Positions 62,790-64,000 of a stretch of 64,000 bases of DNA are shown piece after piece; the first letter of the stretch is position 1; each line of letters begins with the position of its first letter. The notes beneath the pieces are model-generated. The model was not told the DNA's origin. It did not search any database and saw nothing but the letters and a program-made list of their open reading frames with translations. Made by a program: the position numbers and the translations under genes. The stretch comes from Cyanophora paradoxa CCMP329 (taxonomy: Eukaryota; Plantae; Glaucophyta): positions 62,001-126,000 of the forward strand of contig QPMI01000569.1 in NCBI GenBank assembly GCA_004431415.1. Reading direction: 5' to 3'.

Positions 62790-63509
62790 CTAGACAGTGC
62801 GAACGCAGCGGAAGGGTACTCGCAGTGGAAGCGGTGAGCCTCGTCCCTTGATCATAACTCGAGGTCCCCACGTGAGCCTCGAAATGAAGGCCCCCCCTCG
62901 TTGAAAACGAAGCCACGTGCGAACGGATAGAAGCTCGTGATTGGCGGCGGTTTCCCTGTTGCAGCAAGTTCCGAATTGACGCAAGTTGAACGGCCACCTC
63001 GCGGCAACTTGCAAGCTTAATGAATCCTTATGATTGGCCTCTTCAAGGCGGCTTACCCGGCAGGCCCACTGTCTTCTGCGAACGAAGTGGTCTCGCCGGA
63101 GCTGTCGTGCTCACGCGTCGGCCTTTCTGCTAGCAAGCGCGCCGCCTCGCCGGCAGCAGCAACAGCAGACTTCACGAAGCTTCCAGCGCTCGCAGCAGAC
63201 CAGCGCGCGCGCAAAACAGAGAAGCGGCTCCGTCGCCGCCCCAGAAGCTTCCCGAACCCATCCGCTGCGCGAGCAGCGACAGCGCCTTCCGTTGACGTCG
63301 AGCGGGCCGGCAAGGAGCCGGCCGACATTGTAGAACAGCAAGCGAGCTGCGGCGCAGCTCGCAATCGAAGAAGCGTCGCCGCCTAGAGAGTTCAGACCAG
63401 CTGCCGTTGCGCCTGAGCTTGAGCACGCCGCGCCCGGCCCGGCGGTCATCTATTGTCGTCACCTGGGCCGGCTTGCCGGCCAACAGCGTAGGAGAACCAA
63501 GAATCCAAG

Positions 63510-64000
63510 ATGTCCCGGCGGAGTTCCATCTCGAAATACGTGCGCATGCGCGCGCGTTCAACTTCCGAGCCCGCGCGAGCCGGCGCCGCGCGTGCCGCTC
63601 CGAGCCGCCTTCGTATAACCGCGATTCGTTGTTTAGATTGTTCCTGATCCCGGCATGCCGTCCACGGGCGACGGCGCTGCCGCTGGCGCTGGGCCAGCAG
63701 CGCCATCGCTGTCCGGCGCCATCGCCGCGCCGGCTGCGATGGACAAGCTGGAAACGGGCTCGGTCCATTCGGCGGCCACCGGCACGGAGTCGCAGATCCG
63801 TGCGTCTGCCGAACCGCGCAGCGCGCAGGCCGGCCGGCCGAGGCGGCGCGCGCCTGCCGCGACCGGCCGGCTCGCGCGCGCCCCGGCCTTCGGGCAGCTC
63901 CGGCTTGATCGCTTTCCCCCGCGCGCCGGGCACGCGCAGTGATGGAGATGGAGGGGCTGCAAGAGCGCAAGACGGTGCGCGAGCCTGCGCTGCCGGCCTC
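63510..64000 (+). CDS. 5' end of a third TmcB/TmcC-like paralogue (inverted orientation, runs off the window)
   Basis: ATG at 63510 gives MSRRSSISKY|IVPDPGMPSTGDGAA...DKLETGSVHSAATGTESQ...VMEMEGLQERKT, the reverse-complement homologue of 25870-26340 and 13850-14320. Confidence 0.8.

Overview
This is very GC-rich, intron-dense nuclear DNA from a probably flagellated protist. Introns are mostly about 50-100 nt, C-rich at the 5' end, with a CTGAC/CTCAC branch motif and a CAG acceptor. The style is reminiscent of the glaucophyte Cyanophora, but that is only an inference. The supplied ORF track is mostly GC-driven noise, so genes were rebuilt by hand-splicing and their boundaries are approximate. 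Protein-coding content: a SHIPPO/ODF3-like PG-repeat gene (5' partial); two tandem ~10 kb TmcB/TmcC-like membrane protein genes plus the start of a third, inverted copy at the window end; two paralogous EF-hand-like genes; TRM1; an ER-type TPR protein; an orphan type I membrane protein; a polycystin (PKD2/TRPP) channel that can be spliced in frame to two C-terminal RyR repeats; DDX23/PRP28; and a PfkB kinase. Non-coding content: four H/ACA snoRNA-like units (two inside a TRM1 intron, two duplicated downstream) and two MITEs with intact TSDs. Highlights are the PKD2-RyR fusion, a candidate mutually exclusive transmembrane exon pair (one exon frameshifted in one paralogue), an intron present in only one paralogue, frequent GC-AG introns, a possible ACG-initiated mitochondrial TRM1 isoform, and palindrome-saturated intergenic DNA.
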